In this document: piece after piece, positions 28,911 to 42,771 of the stretch
Layout: each line of letters begins with the position of its first letter
Position numbering within the stretch: position 1 is the first letter of the stretch
Assembly: GCA_963666565.1 (NCBI GenBank)
Contig: OY762911.1
Location: forward strand, 320,001 to 384,000
From: Thermoanaerobaculia bacterium
GTDB lineage: Bacteria > Acidobacteriota > Thermoanaerobaculia > Multivoradales > Multivoraceae
DNA: 64,000 nucleotides
Direction: 5' to 3'
Translations under genes and position numbers: made by a program
Notes under the pieces: generated by a model
The model's input: only the letters and a program-made list of their open reading frames with translations
The model's database searches: none
What the model was told of the DNA's origin: nothing

Positions 28911-30571
28911 GGCGGTTCGGCCACCCGGCGGATCAGGACGACCGTCTGGTCGTCGCCCTGCGGCAGACCGGCGCCGAAGCGGCTGACCTCGGCGTCGATG
29001 GCGTCCACGATCTCGGACAGCGGCCGCTCGCGGCGTTGGCGGAGGAAGTCCTCCAGCCGTTCCTGCCCGTACTCTTCGCCCTCCGGGGACTCGCACTCCG
29101 TGATCCCGTCGCTGTACAGGCAGAGCAGGTCGCCCGGCCCCATCTCCAGCGGCGCCACCCGGTAGCTGGCCTCGGGCAGCAGGCCGAGCGGCAGGCCGCT
29201 CGCCGGCAGCGGCGTCACTTCGCCGTTCGCACGCGCCAGGAGCCCCGGGTTGTGGCCCGCGTTGAGGTAGCGGACGGCCCGGTTCGCCGGATCGATCTCG
29301 GTCAGGATCAGGGTGATGAAGCGGTTGCTGGCGCTCGTCTCGACGATGTGCTTGTTCAGGCGATCGAAGAGTTCCGGCGAGAGCTCGGCGCCGACGCCTT
29401 CGCCGCCGAGCCGGCAGTCGTCGACGAGCAGCCGCAGCGCCGAGTCCAGGGTGGAGACGAGGAGCGCGGCCGGCATGCCCTTGCCGGTCACGTCGGCGAC
29501 CACCAGGCCGCGGCGGTCGCCGGCGAAGCGGAGCGAGCCGTAGTAGTCGCCGCCGACGTGGCGGGAGGGGCGGCTCCAGCCCACCGTCTCGAAGCAGCCG
29601 GCGCCGGGCATCTCGGCCGGCAGGATCCGGCGCTGGATCTCGGCCGCGAGCTCGACCTCCCGTTCCAGGCGCTCCTTCTCCAGCGCGTCCCGATGGAGCT
29701 TCGCGTTGGTCAGCGCGATGGCGGCCTGATTGGCGAACAGCGAGAGCGCCCGGCGGTCCGAGGCCGCGAAGGGGCCCACGCCCGTCCGGCTCTCCTTGTC
29801 GGCGACCACCAGCAGGCCGACGCTGCCGCTGCCCCCGTCGCCCTCGACGGGCACCGCGAGCGAGTGCTCCGCCGCGCGGATGACGCCCGCCGCCACCGCT
29901 TCCACGCCAGCCTCGTCGAAGCCGGAAGCCGGGTTGCCCGGCTCCCTGACCGGCGGCGCCTCGATCGTCTCGCGGGCGCCGCCGCCGATCGTGCCGGCCA
30001 GCGCCAGGCGCCCGTCCTCGTCGGCCAGGTAGAAGGCGCCGCGCCGGGCGTCCAGGAGGGAGACCGCCCGCAGCAGGATCTCCTCGGTCAGTTCCTCCAG
30101 GTTCAGGGTCGAGGCGATCGCCAGTCCCACGTCGTAGACCGCCTGCAGAGTGACGACGTTGTAGTTGTCCTGGAACTTGCGGTCCTTCAGCTCGTCCGCC
30201 AGTTCGCGCAACCGGAGACCGATGGCCAGCACGCCGGCGAGAGCGCGCTCCTCGGCCGCGTCGCCGGCGGCGCCGGCGGCTTCGTCGCCGCCGCCCGCGC
30301 AGTAGAGGACGAGGTCGTGCTCCAGGCGCCGCTCGCTCTTGCCGAGCACGCCCCAGGAGGCCACCGGGCCGCCGTCCCGCCGGTAGATCTGGGCGCCCTC
30401 CAGGCCGCGGGCCCGGCACCAGTGACCCACGAGCAGGGTCTGGGCCGCGCCCGTCTCCCAGTCCGCGACGTCGGCCGCCGCCGCGAGCCGCCAAAGCTCG
30501 GCGCCGATCCCGGCGCCGGTCGCCGCCGCCGACCCCGGCGCCCGCGCGGAACCGGCGGCCGGCGAGGTCAC
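28892..30571 (-). CDS. GAF + PP2C/SpoIIE (RsbU-like) phosphatase
   Basis: AAEIQRRILP, VGGDYY, ADVTGKG, NAGHNP, YSDGITE, DDQT. Confidence 0.92.
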   Translation of the reverse strand: MTSPAAGSARAPGSAAATGAGIGAELWRLAAAADVADWETGAAQTLLVGHWCRARGLEGAQIYRRDGGPVASWGVLGKSERRLEHDLVLYCAGGGDEAAGAAGDAAEERALAGVLAIGLRLRELADELKDRKFQDNYNVVTLQAVYDVGLAIASTLNLEELTEEILLRAVSLLDARRGAFYLADEDGRLALAGTIGGGARETIEAPPVREPGNPASGFDEAGVEAVAAGVIRAAEHSLAVPVEGDGGSGSVGLLVVADKESRTGVGPFAASDRRALSLFANQAAIALTNAKLHRDALEKERLEREVELAAEIQRRILPAEMPGAGCFETVGWSRPSRHVGGDYYGSLRFAGDRRGLVVADVTGKGMPAALLVSTLDSALRLLVDDCRLGGEGVGAELSPELFDRLNKHIVETSASNRFITLILTEIDPANRAVRYLNAGHNPGLLARANGEVTPLPASGLPLGLLPEASYRVAPLEMGPGDLLCLYSDGITECESPEGEEYGQERLEDFLRQRRERPLSEIVDAIDAEVSRFGAGLPQGDDQTVVLIRRVAEPPGARVF

Positions 30572-30927
30572 GAAGCCCCGGCCTGGAGCTCGGCCGCCGC
30601 CGCCTGTTCGTCGGGGAAGATGCTGGCGTACTGCGCCAGGCCCATGATGTGGAAGGTCTTCTCGATCGTCGGCGTCAGGTTGCAGAACGACAGCCGGCCC
30701 TCCACCTCGATCATCTTCTCGATGATCTCGATCAGGATGGAGATGCCGATCGAGTTGACGATCTTCGTGCTGGCGAGGTTCAGCAGCAGCGTCCTGAAGC
30801 CCTCGTCCAGCAGGCCGTAGGCCGCCTCCGCGATCTCCTCGCCGCCCTGGTTGTTGATGTAACCGTCCGTGTAGATCACCGCCAGACCGTCGCGGCGCTC
30901 CACCTTCAACTTCAGACCTTCGGACAT
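30568..30927 (-). CDS. STAS-domain anti-sigma factor antagonist (RsbV-like)
   Basis: LNL...IVNSIGISIL motif. Confidence 0.88.
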   Translation of the reverse strand: MSEGLKLKVERRDGLAVIYTDGYINNQGGEEIAEAAYGLLDEGFRTLLLNLASTKIVNSIGISILIEIIEKMIEVEGRLSFCNLTPTIEKTFHIMGLAQYASIFPDEQAAAAELQAGAS

Positions 30928-30959
30928 CGAACCAACCGTCTTCCTCGCTCAGCCGAGCG

Positions 30960-31403
30960 TCAGAGTACCTTCGACATGACGACGGAGGTGCCGCCCTCGC
31001 CCGAGAGCACGTTCACCTCGTCCATCAGCCCCTCGATGATCTTCAACCCCCAGCCGCGCTTCCGGATCGACTTGAGATTCTCCTCGATGCTGGGCGGCAC
31101 GAGCTTCGCGCGGTCGAAGCCGACCCCCTGATCCTGAATCGTGATCCGGAGCACGCGCGGTTCCTCCGCCTCGGCGGAACCGAGTACCGCGAACTCGAGA
31201 TGGAGTTTGCCGTCTTCCGCGCGGCTGTGCTCGATCGCGTTGATGCACGCCTCGACCACCGCCATGCCCACTTCCTCGACCTTGTCGGTGCTCATCCGGA
31301 TGGACTTCGCCACCTCGCAGGCGCAGGCTCGCACCTCCAGTTCCATCTCAGGCGCGAGCCTGAACGTCAGGTGGGTTTCTTCGAGAACTCCGAGCTCGGA
31401 CAT
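30960..31403 (-). CDS. Anti-sigma factor / serine kinase (RsbW-like)
   Basis: EACINAIEH, DQGVGFD, RGWGLKII..LMDEV. Confidence 0.9.
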   Translation of the reverse strand: MSELGVLEETHLTFRLAPEMELEVRACACEVAKSIRMSTDKVEEVGMAVVEACINAIEHSRAEDGKLHLEFAVLGSAEAEEPRVLRITIQDQGVGFDRAKLVPPSIEENLKSIRKRGWGLKIIEGLMDEVNVLSGEGGTSVVMSKVL

Positions 31404-31455
31404 CGGGGAAGAAGCCAACGCACCTGCAACGCGGATCCCGGTTCCGGCGCGAAAC

Positions 31456-31641
31456 CTAGGCCAGAAGGAACAGCTTGAGGCAGTAGATCACCGCGGGTTG
31501 GATCCGGTCGTTCAGGAGGAGCCATAGGAAACTGGCGACGACCGCGGAGGACCAGAACACGCCGGCGGAGAGACTCGCCGCCCACGAAACCGGCGCGGCG
31601 GCGCCCCCACGGTCCAAAAAACTGAACGGCGACCCTACCAT
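31456..31641 (-). CDS. Small hypothetical membrane protein
   Basis: 61 aa, GAGGAGG RBS, hydrophobic segment. Confidence 0.5.
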   Translation of the reverse strand: MVGSPFSFLDRGGAAAPVSWAASLSAGVFWSSAVVASFLWLLLNDRIQPAVIYCLKLFLLA

Positions 31642-31753
31642 TATGTTCGACCTCCTCGCTCGTGCAGTCCGCCGAGGGAGTCGTGGCCGTCAACGGCGAC
31701 TCGCGTACCGCCGGCATCATGTTCGACCTCCCCGTTGGTGCCCCTCGTTAGAG

Positions 31754-31769
31754 AGCAAGTCCCCTGCCA
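31754..31769 (-). promoter_or_regulatory. Sigma-54 (-24/-12) promoter
   Basis: Minus strand TGGCAGGGGACTTGCT, GG-N10-GC. Confidence 0.75.
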
Positions 31770-31859
31770 ACCGGCGGGATCGCGGGCCGATTCGCCGCAA
31801 ACACCATCTGCACGGGGGTTCTGGCGGTGAGCGGGCTTGCCGTTGCCGGATCGGGTGTC

Positions 31860-31976
31860 GGGTCAATTTGTCCCGTTAGAGTCGAGTCGCTTGCCTGGTG
31901 GACAGGTGGGCGGGACGTTGCGACTACTTCGGACGCCAGACGGGACAGAATGTCCGATATCGGGTCACTATGCCCC
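31860..31976. promoter_or_regulatory. Three palindromic putative enhancer-binding-protein sites GGGWCA-N3-TGYCC
   Basis: gggtcaatttgtccc (31860), gggacagaatgtccg (31942), gggtcactatgcccc (31962). Confidence 0.6.
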
Positions 31977-32080
31977 GCACTCAGCGGAGTCGACCGGCAG
32001 ACGGGTCAGGCACCCGGGTGGCGTGTTTCACGCCAGCCGTGAACCAGTCCACGCGCCCGTCATCGGGCGCGTGGATGGCA

Positions 32081-32138
32081 GACCCGCGCACCCAGTGGGC
32101 GTCAGTCGGCGGGCGGGTCAGAGGACCCGCGCACCCAG
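32081..32138. repeat. REP-like copies (one partial, one full)
   Basis: gacccgcgcacccag and gcgggtcagaggacccgcgcacccag. Confidence 0.8.
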
Positions 32139-32151
32139 TGGGGTTCGACGG

Positions 32152-33660
32152 TCAGTAGCCGCCGCGGGTCAGGGTGCGCCGGTTGACGCCGAGCAGCTTG
32201 GCGGCGGCGCTCTTGTTGCCGCCCGTCATGCCGATGACGCGGCGCACGTGGCGCCGCTTGACCGTGTCGAGATCGAGCGGCTCCGGGCTCTGGGGACCGA
32301 CCGCGTCCCCCATCAGCGACTGCACGAGCGACGCGTCCACGGCACCGTCGGCAAGCGAGACCGCGCCCTCGACGATATTCTGCAGTTCCCGCACGTTGCC
32401 CGGATAGTCGTGCGCCAGCAGCAGGTTGAGCGCCGCCCGGTCGAACTGGGGCAGCTCGATCGACTCCCGCGCGCAGAACCGCTCGCCGAAGTGGCGGATC
32501 AGGTGCGGAATGTCGCGCCTCCGCTCCCGCAACGGCGGCAGTTCCACGCTGATGCCCTTCAGGCGGTAGTACAGGTCCTCCCGGAAACGGCCCTCCTCGA
32601 CCAGCCGTTCGAGCGGCTGGTGGGTCGCCGCGACGACGCGCGTGTCGACCTCGATCGGCCGTTGGCCGCCGACCCGGACGATCTCGCGCTCCTGAAGCGC
32701 CCGCAGCAGCTTCACCTGGAGCGCCACGTCGAGGTCGGCGACCTCGTCCAGGAACAGAGTGCCGCCCGCCGCGAGTTCGAAGCGGCCCAGGCGCGCCCGC
32801 ACGCCGGTCGCCACGCCGCCCTCGATGCCGAACAGCTCGCTCTCCAGGAGGGTCTCGGGGAGCGCGGCGCAGTTGACCGCCACCAGCGGCCCCGCGCGCT
32901 CGGAGCGCTGGTGCAGGAACGCCGCCATGAGTTCCTTGCCCGTGCCGCTCTCCCCGCGCAGCAGGACGCTCACGCCCCGCGGCGCGACCCGGTCGATCAC
33001 CTCCAGGATGCGGCGCATGGCCGGCGCGTGCGCCACGATCCGCCGGCCGCCGACCTCCGCCAGGTCGTCGAGGCGCTCCTTGAGCAGCTTGTTCTCCTCG
33101 GCCAGCCGCTCCCTCGAGACGACCAGCCGCTCCACTTGGCGCAGGCCGTCGAGGGCGACGCCGGCCAACGCCGCCACGGACCGCAGGAAGCGCCGGTCGC
33201 CGTCGCTGAAGCCGGGCTCGCTGCTGCCGCGCGCCTCCTTGTCGAGCACCGCCACGAAGCCCAGCACGGCGTCGCGCGACTTGAGCGGCGCCGCCAGCAG
33301 GGAACGGAACTCGCGGCCGGCCAGCGAGCCGCCGCTGCGCGCCAGGACGTCGTCCCGCGCCAGGAGGTCGTCCCACAGGGGTCCGGCGAGCAGCGTCCCG
33401 GAAGCCGGCGAACCGCTGGCGAAGCCGACCGTCGAGACCGACCGCGCGGCGCCGAAGCGGTCGCGGGTGACGGCCGCCGCCGCCGCCGGGTCCACCGCCG
33501 CGCAGAGCCGCTGCAGCAGGTCGTCCAGCAGGCCCTGCTCGGATTCGTGCGAGTGCAGCGCAACGACCAGGTCGTAGAGCGTCTCGAGCTGCAGCCGCTG
33601 GCGGCGGCCGGCGAGGTCGGCGGACGCCTTCCGGAAGCGAGAGGATTCGCCGGCGGTCAC
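32152..33660 (-). CDS. GAF-domain sigma-54-dependent activator (bEBP) with Fis HTH
   Basis: GESGTGKE, ESELFG, GVATG variant of GAFTGA, FREDLYYRL, YPGNVREL. Confidence 0.92.
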   Translation of the reverse strand: MTAGESSRFRKASADLAGRRQRLQLETLYDLVVALHSHESEQGLLDDLLQRLCAAVDPAAAAAVTRDRFGAARSVSTVGFASGSPASGTLLAGPLWDDLLARDDVLARSGGSLAGREFRSLLAAPLKSRDAVLGFVAVLDKEARGSSEPGFSDGDRRFLRSVAALAGVALDGLRQVERLVVSRERLAEENKLLKERLDDLAEVGGRRIVAHAPAMRRILEVIDRVAPRGVSVLLRGESGTGKELMAAFLHQRSERAGPLVAVNCAALPETLLESELFGIEGGVATGVRARLGRFELAAGGTLFLDEVADLDVALQVKLLRALQEREIVRVGGQRPIEVDTRVVAATHQPLERLVEEGRFREDLYYRLKGISVELPPLRERRRDIPHLIRHFGERFCARESIELPQFDRAALNLLLAHDYPGNVRELQNIVEGAVSLADGAVDASLVQSLMGDAVGPQSPEPLDLDTVKRRHVRRVIGMTGGNKSAAAKLLGVNRRTLTRGGY

Positions 33661-33670
33661 GTCTCGGCCC

Positions 33671-36531
<2,861 letters not shown>

Positions 36532-36535
<4 letters not shown>

Positions 36536-37053
36536 CGCAGGTCCTCCGAGGCGTCGGCGCGCAGCCGGCGGCGGCCGCGGAACACCTCGCCGGCCTCCCG
36601 GTCGAGGGTCCGCTCCCGCTCCCGCTCCCGCTTGTCGTGCAGCTTCCTGCCCTCGGCCAGGGCCAGTTCGACCTTGATCCGGTTCCCCTTCAGGTAGACC
36701 GACAGCGGCACCACCGTCAGGCCGCGGTCGCGGGTGCGCCCGAACAGGCGGTCGATCTCGCGCCGGTTCAGCAGCAGCCGCCGGGGCCGCTCGAGGTCGT
36801 GGTTCTCGCGGTTGCCGTGGCTGTAGGCCGAGACGTGGGAGTGCAGCAACCACGCCTCGTGGTCCCTGAAGCCGACGTAGCTGTCCCGCAACTGGATCTT
36901 GCCGCTCCGGATCGACTTGACCTCAGTGCCCAGGAGTTCGATGCCGGCCTCGAACCGCTCCAGCACGCGGTACTCTCGCCGCGCCTTCCGGTTCACCGCC
37001 AGGGCCTGGCCGCCCGCGAGGGACCGCTGCTTCTGTTTGCTGCGCCTGGCCAT
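36532..37053 (-). CDS. smpB: SsrA-binding protein
   Basis: [30 protein letters not shown]. Confidence 0.97.
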
Positions 37054-37267
37054 CGGTGTTCATTTTCGGCGTAGGGTGCATCTTCCCGGCGAGCGCCGCG
37101 ACGTTCCCGCCGCGGTCGGAAACGGACGCCCTGACGAGTCTACTCTCCGGGCCTCCCCGGCCTTCGCGGGCGCCTGCGGGGCAAAACCGGGCGCGTTGGC
37201 GTCCTCGCCAGCTTCCGCGCCTTCTCCCGCGCGAGGGCGCCGGGATGCGGCCGGGGCGCCACAGAGA

Positions 37268-37373
37268 TGTGGCAAAAGCGCCACACAACGAGCCGCCAAT
37301 GACTCTCCGGTCCTCCCGAAATCGTTGAAAGCAAAGAACTTGCGAAGGAAGCCGCGCTGGCACGAAACGTGCT
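37268..37373 (+). promoter_or_regulatory. Putative sigma-54 promoter with upstream palindrome before lpxC
   Basis: TGTGGC-N6-GCCACA (37268-37285), AT-rich IHF-like tract at about 37319-37341, TGGCACGAAACGTGCT (37358-37373). Confidence 0.55.
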
Positions 37374-37387
37374 GGAGTACCGCTCCG

Positions 37388-38380
37388 ATGGCAAGTAGCG
37401 CCAACGGAACGGGCGGCAGCCTCGACCGACGGTCCAGCGACGTCCGCGACCGCCTGTTCCGCCAGCAGACGATCCGTCGGCCGACGGCCATCTCGGGCGT
37501 CGGCATTCACACCGGCAGGCAGACGAACCTGCGGATCCTGCCTGCGCCGGCCGGCGCCGGCATCCGCTTCCGCCGCACGGACGCCGGCGCCGTGGAGATC
37601 CCGGCCGACCTCGGGAGCGTCAGTTCCCTCGAGCTCGCCACCACCCTGGGCCGCGACGACGTCACGGTATCGACGGTCGAGCACCTGCTCGCCGCCGTCT
37701 ACATCCTCGGCATCGACAACCTGACGGTCGAGATGGACGGCCCCGAAGTGCCGATCCTCGACGGCTCGGCGAGGCCCTACCTGCTGCTGCTGCAGGCCGC
37801 CGGCGTCCGGCGCCAGAACGCCGCCCGGCGGATCGTCGCGATCACGTCGGCGCTCGAGATCGACCGCGACGACAAGTGGCTGCGCGCCTCGCCGTATCCG
37901 GGGCTCCGCCTCGACTACACGATCGACTTCGAGGGTTGCGCCGTGGGGCGGCAACGATTGCAGATCGACGTCGACGCGCGGACCTTCGAGCGGGGTCTGG
38001 CGCCGGCGAGGACCTTCTGCCGGCAGATGGACGTCGAGCAGATGCAGAAGGTCGGGCTGGGACTGGGCGGATCGGTGGACAACTGCATCGTGTTCGACGA
38101 GAACGGCGCCGTGAACACGGACCTTCGCTTCCCGGACGAACCGGTCCGGCACAAGGCGCTCGACGCCGTGGGCGACTTCACCCTGCTCGGAGCGCCGATC
38201 TGGGGCCACTTCGAGGTCCTGCGAGGCGGCCACCAGCTTCACTACGAACTGCTCCGCGAACTCGCCGCCAACCCGACGTGCTGGACCTGGATGCGCGGCG
38301 ACGAACTGCCCCCCGAGGTGGACTTCCCCCTCGATGGCGACCGGCCGCCGGCCTGGCTGCCGGGCCTGGCCGCTTCGTAA
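37388..38380 (+). CDS. lpxC: UDP-3-O-acyl-N-acetylglucosamine deacetylase
   Basis: QQTI, GVGIHTG, TVEHLLAA, PILDGSA, HKALD. Confidence 0.96.
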   Translation: MASSANGTGGSLDRRSSDVRDRLFRQQTIRRPTAISGVGIHTGRQTNLRILPAPAGAGIRFRRTDAGAVEIPADLGSVSSLELATTLGRDDVTVSTVEHLLAAVYILGIDNLTVEMDGPEVPILDGSARPYLLLLQAAGVRRQNAARRIVAITSALEIDRDDKWLRASPYPGLRLDYTIDFEGCAVGRQRLQIDVDARTFERGLAPARTFCRQMDVEQMQKVGLGLGGSVDNCIVFDENGAVNTDLRFPDEPVRHKALDAVGDFTLLGAPIWGHFEVLRGGHQLHYELLRELAANPTCWTWMRGDELPPEVDFPLDGDRPPAWLPGLAAS

Positions 38381-38429
38381 GGCGGCGCCGTGCGGCGGCG
38401 CGGGCGGCGAACGCTGGTAGTGTCGCCGC

Positions 38430-39044
38430 ATGGGAGTCCCGCGGGCGGGACGGCTGATCTGCGCGCTCAGCCTGTCGAGCGTTCTGGGCGGCGACGCACT
38501 CGCGGCCCAGCCGCCGCGAGAGGACGCCGGCCGGTCCGGCAGGGCCGCGATCGCCGGGCTCTCCGCCGTGCGCGAGGGCGCGGCCCTGCTGGTGAGCTTC
38601 CGCCTCGACCGGGCGCTTGACGAGCGCACCTGGGAGAAGATCGAGAGCGGGCTCCCGACCGGATTCACCTACGACATCGAGGTCCGTCGGATCCGGCGGC
38701 GCTGGTTCGACAAGGCCGTCGTCGCCACCCGGCTGCAGGTCGTGGCGATGTACAACGCCCTCACCCGGGAGTACCTCGTCAACTTCAAGCGCGACGGCGA
38801 GCTCTACGCCAGCCGCGTCGTGACGTCGCAGGAAGACCTGGAGCGGGCGCTGACCACCTTCGAGGAGCTGCCGTCGGTCGAGTTCGCCAACGAACCGCCG
38901 GGGCGGCTGGTGCTGCGCGTGCGCGCGGAACTGCGAACCCGGACCCGGCTCGGCCTCATCCCGGACCGCGTCCACACCGCCTGGGCGCAGACGGCGCCCT
39001 TCCGCCCCACCCAGCGCCGGATCGCCGGCGAGACGGCCGAATGA
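38430..39044 (+). CDS. DUF4390-like periplasmic protein
   Basis: Signal peptide, IESGLP..FTY, YNALTREY; typical position before ntrY. Confidence 0.75.
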   Translation: MGVPRAGRLICALSLSSVLGGDALAAQPPREDAGRSGRAAIAGLSAVREGAALLVSFRLDRALDERTWEKIESGLPTGFTYDIEVRRIRRRWFDKAVVATRLQVVAMYNALTREYLVNFKRDGELYASRVVTSQEDLERALTTFEELPSVEFANEPPGRLVLRVRAELRTRTRLGLIPDRVHTAWAQTAPFRPTQRRIAGETAE

Positions 39045-41323
39045 AGCCGCTTCTCACACCGCCCCGCACGCCGGTGCGGGAGCTCATCAAGACGAACCGC
39101 TTCCTGGTCTGGCTCCTGGTTCTCTCCCTGGCGGCGCCGACGGCCGGCTACTACGCGCTCCAGCGCGGGCGCGAGATCGACCCGACGGTGCTGAACAACA
39201 GCATCCTGCTGTTCGCGCTGCGCAACCTGAACGTGGTGCTGATCCTGATCGTCGCCTTCGTGCTCGTCCGCAACCTGACCAAGCTGTGGATCGAGCGCCG
39301 GCGCCAGCGCCTGGGCGCCAAGTTCCGCACGAAGCTCATCCTGACCTACATCGGGCTGTCGCTGATCCCCGGACTCGTCCTGTTCGCCTACGCCACGGAA
39401 CTGCTGCAGGGCTCGATCGACCGGATGTTCCGGACCGACATCGACGACCTGCTGGCGCCGGCGAACCAGGTCTCCCAGGCCCTGACCTCGACCCAGCAGG
39501 ACCAATTGCTGCGCGACGCCGAGCGCTTCCTCGCGGACACCGAGAGCCTGGACCTGGACAGCCCGCGCGGGCGCGGCAGGCTGGCGGGGGCGCTGGGCGA
39601 GGCCCTGGCCGAAGCCGATCTCGACTACCTGGCGGTCTACCGGGACACCGTCTTCCTGCAGGCCACGGTCAACTCGCAGGCTCTCTCCGAGGTGCCCGAA
39701 CCGACCCGCGGCATGCTGCTCGAAGCGGTCCGCACCGGCGCCGCCCGCGCGATCGGCGAAGTGGCGGGCAGCGAGGAGCGCCTGATCCTGGCTGCGGCGG
39801 CCCGAGAGGGCGACGGCGCCGAGGCGGCGGGGGACGGCGCCGAGGCGACGGTCGCCGTCGCCGGCCGGCTGCTCGACGCCGAACTCGCCGGCAGCACGGA
39901 AACCCTGATCGCCGCCTACCAGTCCCGGCGGCAACTGCACGCGCAGCGGGACGAGATCCGCGCGGCGTACTGGCTCCTGTTCCTGACGGTGACGCTGTGC
40001 ATCCTGCTCGTCTCGTGCTGGGTCGGCCTCTACCTCGCCGGCCGGGTGACCGGTCCGATCGAGGCGCTGGCGGACGGCACCCGCCGCATCGCCGGCGGCG
40101 ACCTGGAGCACCGGGTCGAGGCGGCCGCCGACGACGAGGTCCAGGTGCTGGTCGACTCGTTCAACCGGATGACCGACGCGCTCCAGGAGTCGAACCGCGA
40201 CCTGGTGGCGACGAACCGGCGCCTGGACGCCGAGCGCGCCCGCATCGAGGCCGTGCTCGAGAGCGGCCCGGCCGGCGTGCTCTCGCTCGACCGCGACGGC
40301 CGCATCCTGACCTGCAACCGCGCCGCGATGGAGATGCTGGGGCTGCCGGAGCGCGTCTCGCTCGCCGGCGCGCCGCCCGAGGCCCTGAGCGAACTGCTCC
40401 CCGACAAGGGCGTCGAAGCCGTGTTCGCCGACCTGCCGGATTCGACCGTCCGGGGAGCGGGGGGCCCCCGCAGGCCGGCGTCGGCCCCGGCCCGCCGCGA
40501 GGTCAGCCTCGGCGGCCGGGACGACTGGAAGACGCTGGAGGTCAAGACCAGCCCGCTGCGCGCCCCCGACGGCAAGGGCGGCTTCGAGCTGCTCGGCCAC
40601 GTCCTCGTCATCGAGGACCTGACGGCGCTGCTCGACGCCCAGAAGGCCGCGACCTGGACGGAGGCGGCGCGCCGGATCGCCCACGAGATCAAGAATCCGC
40701 TGACGCCGATCAGGCTCGCTTCGGAACGGCTGCTGCGGAAGGCGCGGAACAACGACGCGAGCCTCGGCGCCGCGGTCGAGGAGGGGGCGCGGATCGTCGT
40801 CCGCGAGGTCGGCAACATGCAGAACCTCGTCGACCAGTTCGCCCGCTACGCCCGCATGCGGCGCCCCCAGCCGCGCGAGGTCGACATGGCGAGGCTGATC
40901 GGCGAGACGGTCGACCTCTACCGGGAGTCGAAGCCGGGGGTCGAGGTCGAGGCGCGCATCGAGGCGGGTGAGAACGGCCTCCACGCCAAGCTCGACGGCG
41001 ACCAGATGCGCTCGGCCCTGTCCAACCTGCTCGACAACGCGATCGCCGCCACCAGCGCGCCCGGCCAGGTGACGGTCCGCGCCGGCCGCAGCAACGGCGT
41101 CTTCGACCTCTCCGTCACCGACACGGGCGCCGGGGTGCCGGAGGGAGTCCGGGAGAAGCTCTTCCTGCCGTACTTCTCGACCAAGGGACGCGGTTCGGGG
41201 CTGGGCCTCGCCATCGTCCAGCGCATCGTCAGCGACCACAACGGATCGATCCGGGTCCGGCACCACGACCCTCGCGGCACGACCTTCGCGATCGCGCTGC
41301 CGCAGTCCGAGGCGCAGCAGTAG
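39041..41323 (+). CDS. NtrY-like HAMP/PAS histidine kinase
   Basis: KFRTKL, HAMP, ARRIAHEIKNPLTPI, PYFSTK, GSGLGL. Confidence 0.92.
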   Translation: MKPLLTPPRTPVRELIKTNRFLVWLLVLSLAAPTAGYYALQRGREIDPTVLNNSILLFALRNLNVVLILIVAFVLVRNLTKLWIERRRQRLGAKFRTKLILTYIGLSLIPGLVLFAYATELLQGSIDRMFRTDIDDLLAPANQVSQALTSTQQDQLLRDAERFLADTESLDLDSPRGRGRLAGALGEALAEADLDYLAVYRDTVFLQATVNSQALSEVPEPTRGMLLEAVRTGAARAIGEVAGSEERLILAAAAREGDGAEAAGDGAEATVAVAGRLLDAELAGSTETLIAAYQSRRQLHAQRDEIRAAYWLLFLTVTLCILLVSCWVGLYLAGRVTGPIEALADGTRRIAGGDLEHRVEAAADDEVQVLVDSFNRMTDALQESNRDLVATNRRLDAERARIEAVLESGPAGVLSLDRDGRILTCNRAAMEMLGLPERVSLAGAPPEALSELLPDKGVEAVFADLPDSTVRGAGGPRRPASAPARREVSLGGRDDWKTLEVKTSPLRAPDGKGGFELLGHVLVIEDLTALLDAQKAATWTEAARRIAHEIKNPLTPIRLASERLLRKARNNDASLGAAVEEGARIVVREVGNMQNLVDQFARYARMRRPQPREVDMARLIGETVDLYRESKPGVEVEARIEAGENGLHAKLDGDQMRSALSNLLDNAIAATSAPGQVTVRAGRSNGVFDLSVTDTGAGVPEGVREKLFLPYFSTKGRGSGLGLAIVQRIVSDHNGSIRVRHHDPRGTTFAIALPQSEAQQ

Positions 41324-41333
41324 AGCCCGGAAG

Positions 41334-42701
<1,368 letters not shown>

Positions 42702-42771
42702 GCGGGAGCGCGAGCGAGCGCGGGTCTTCCGGCCCGCGGAGACGAAACCGCGCCGACCGCGGGAGCGGTCC

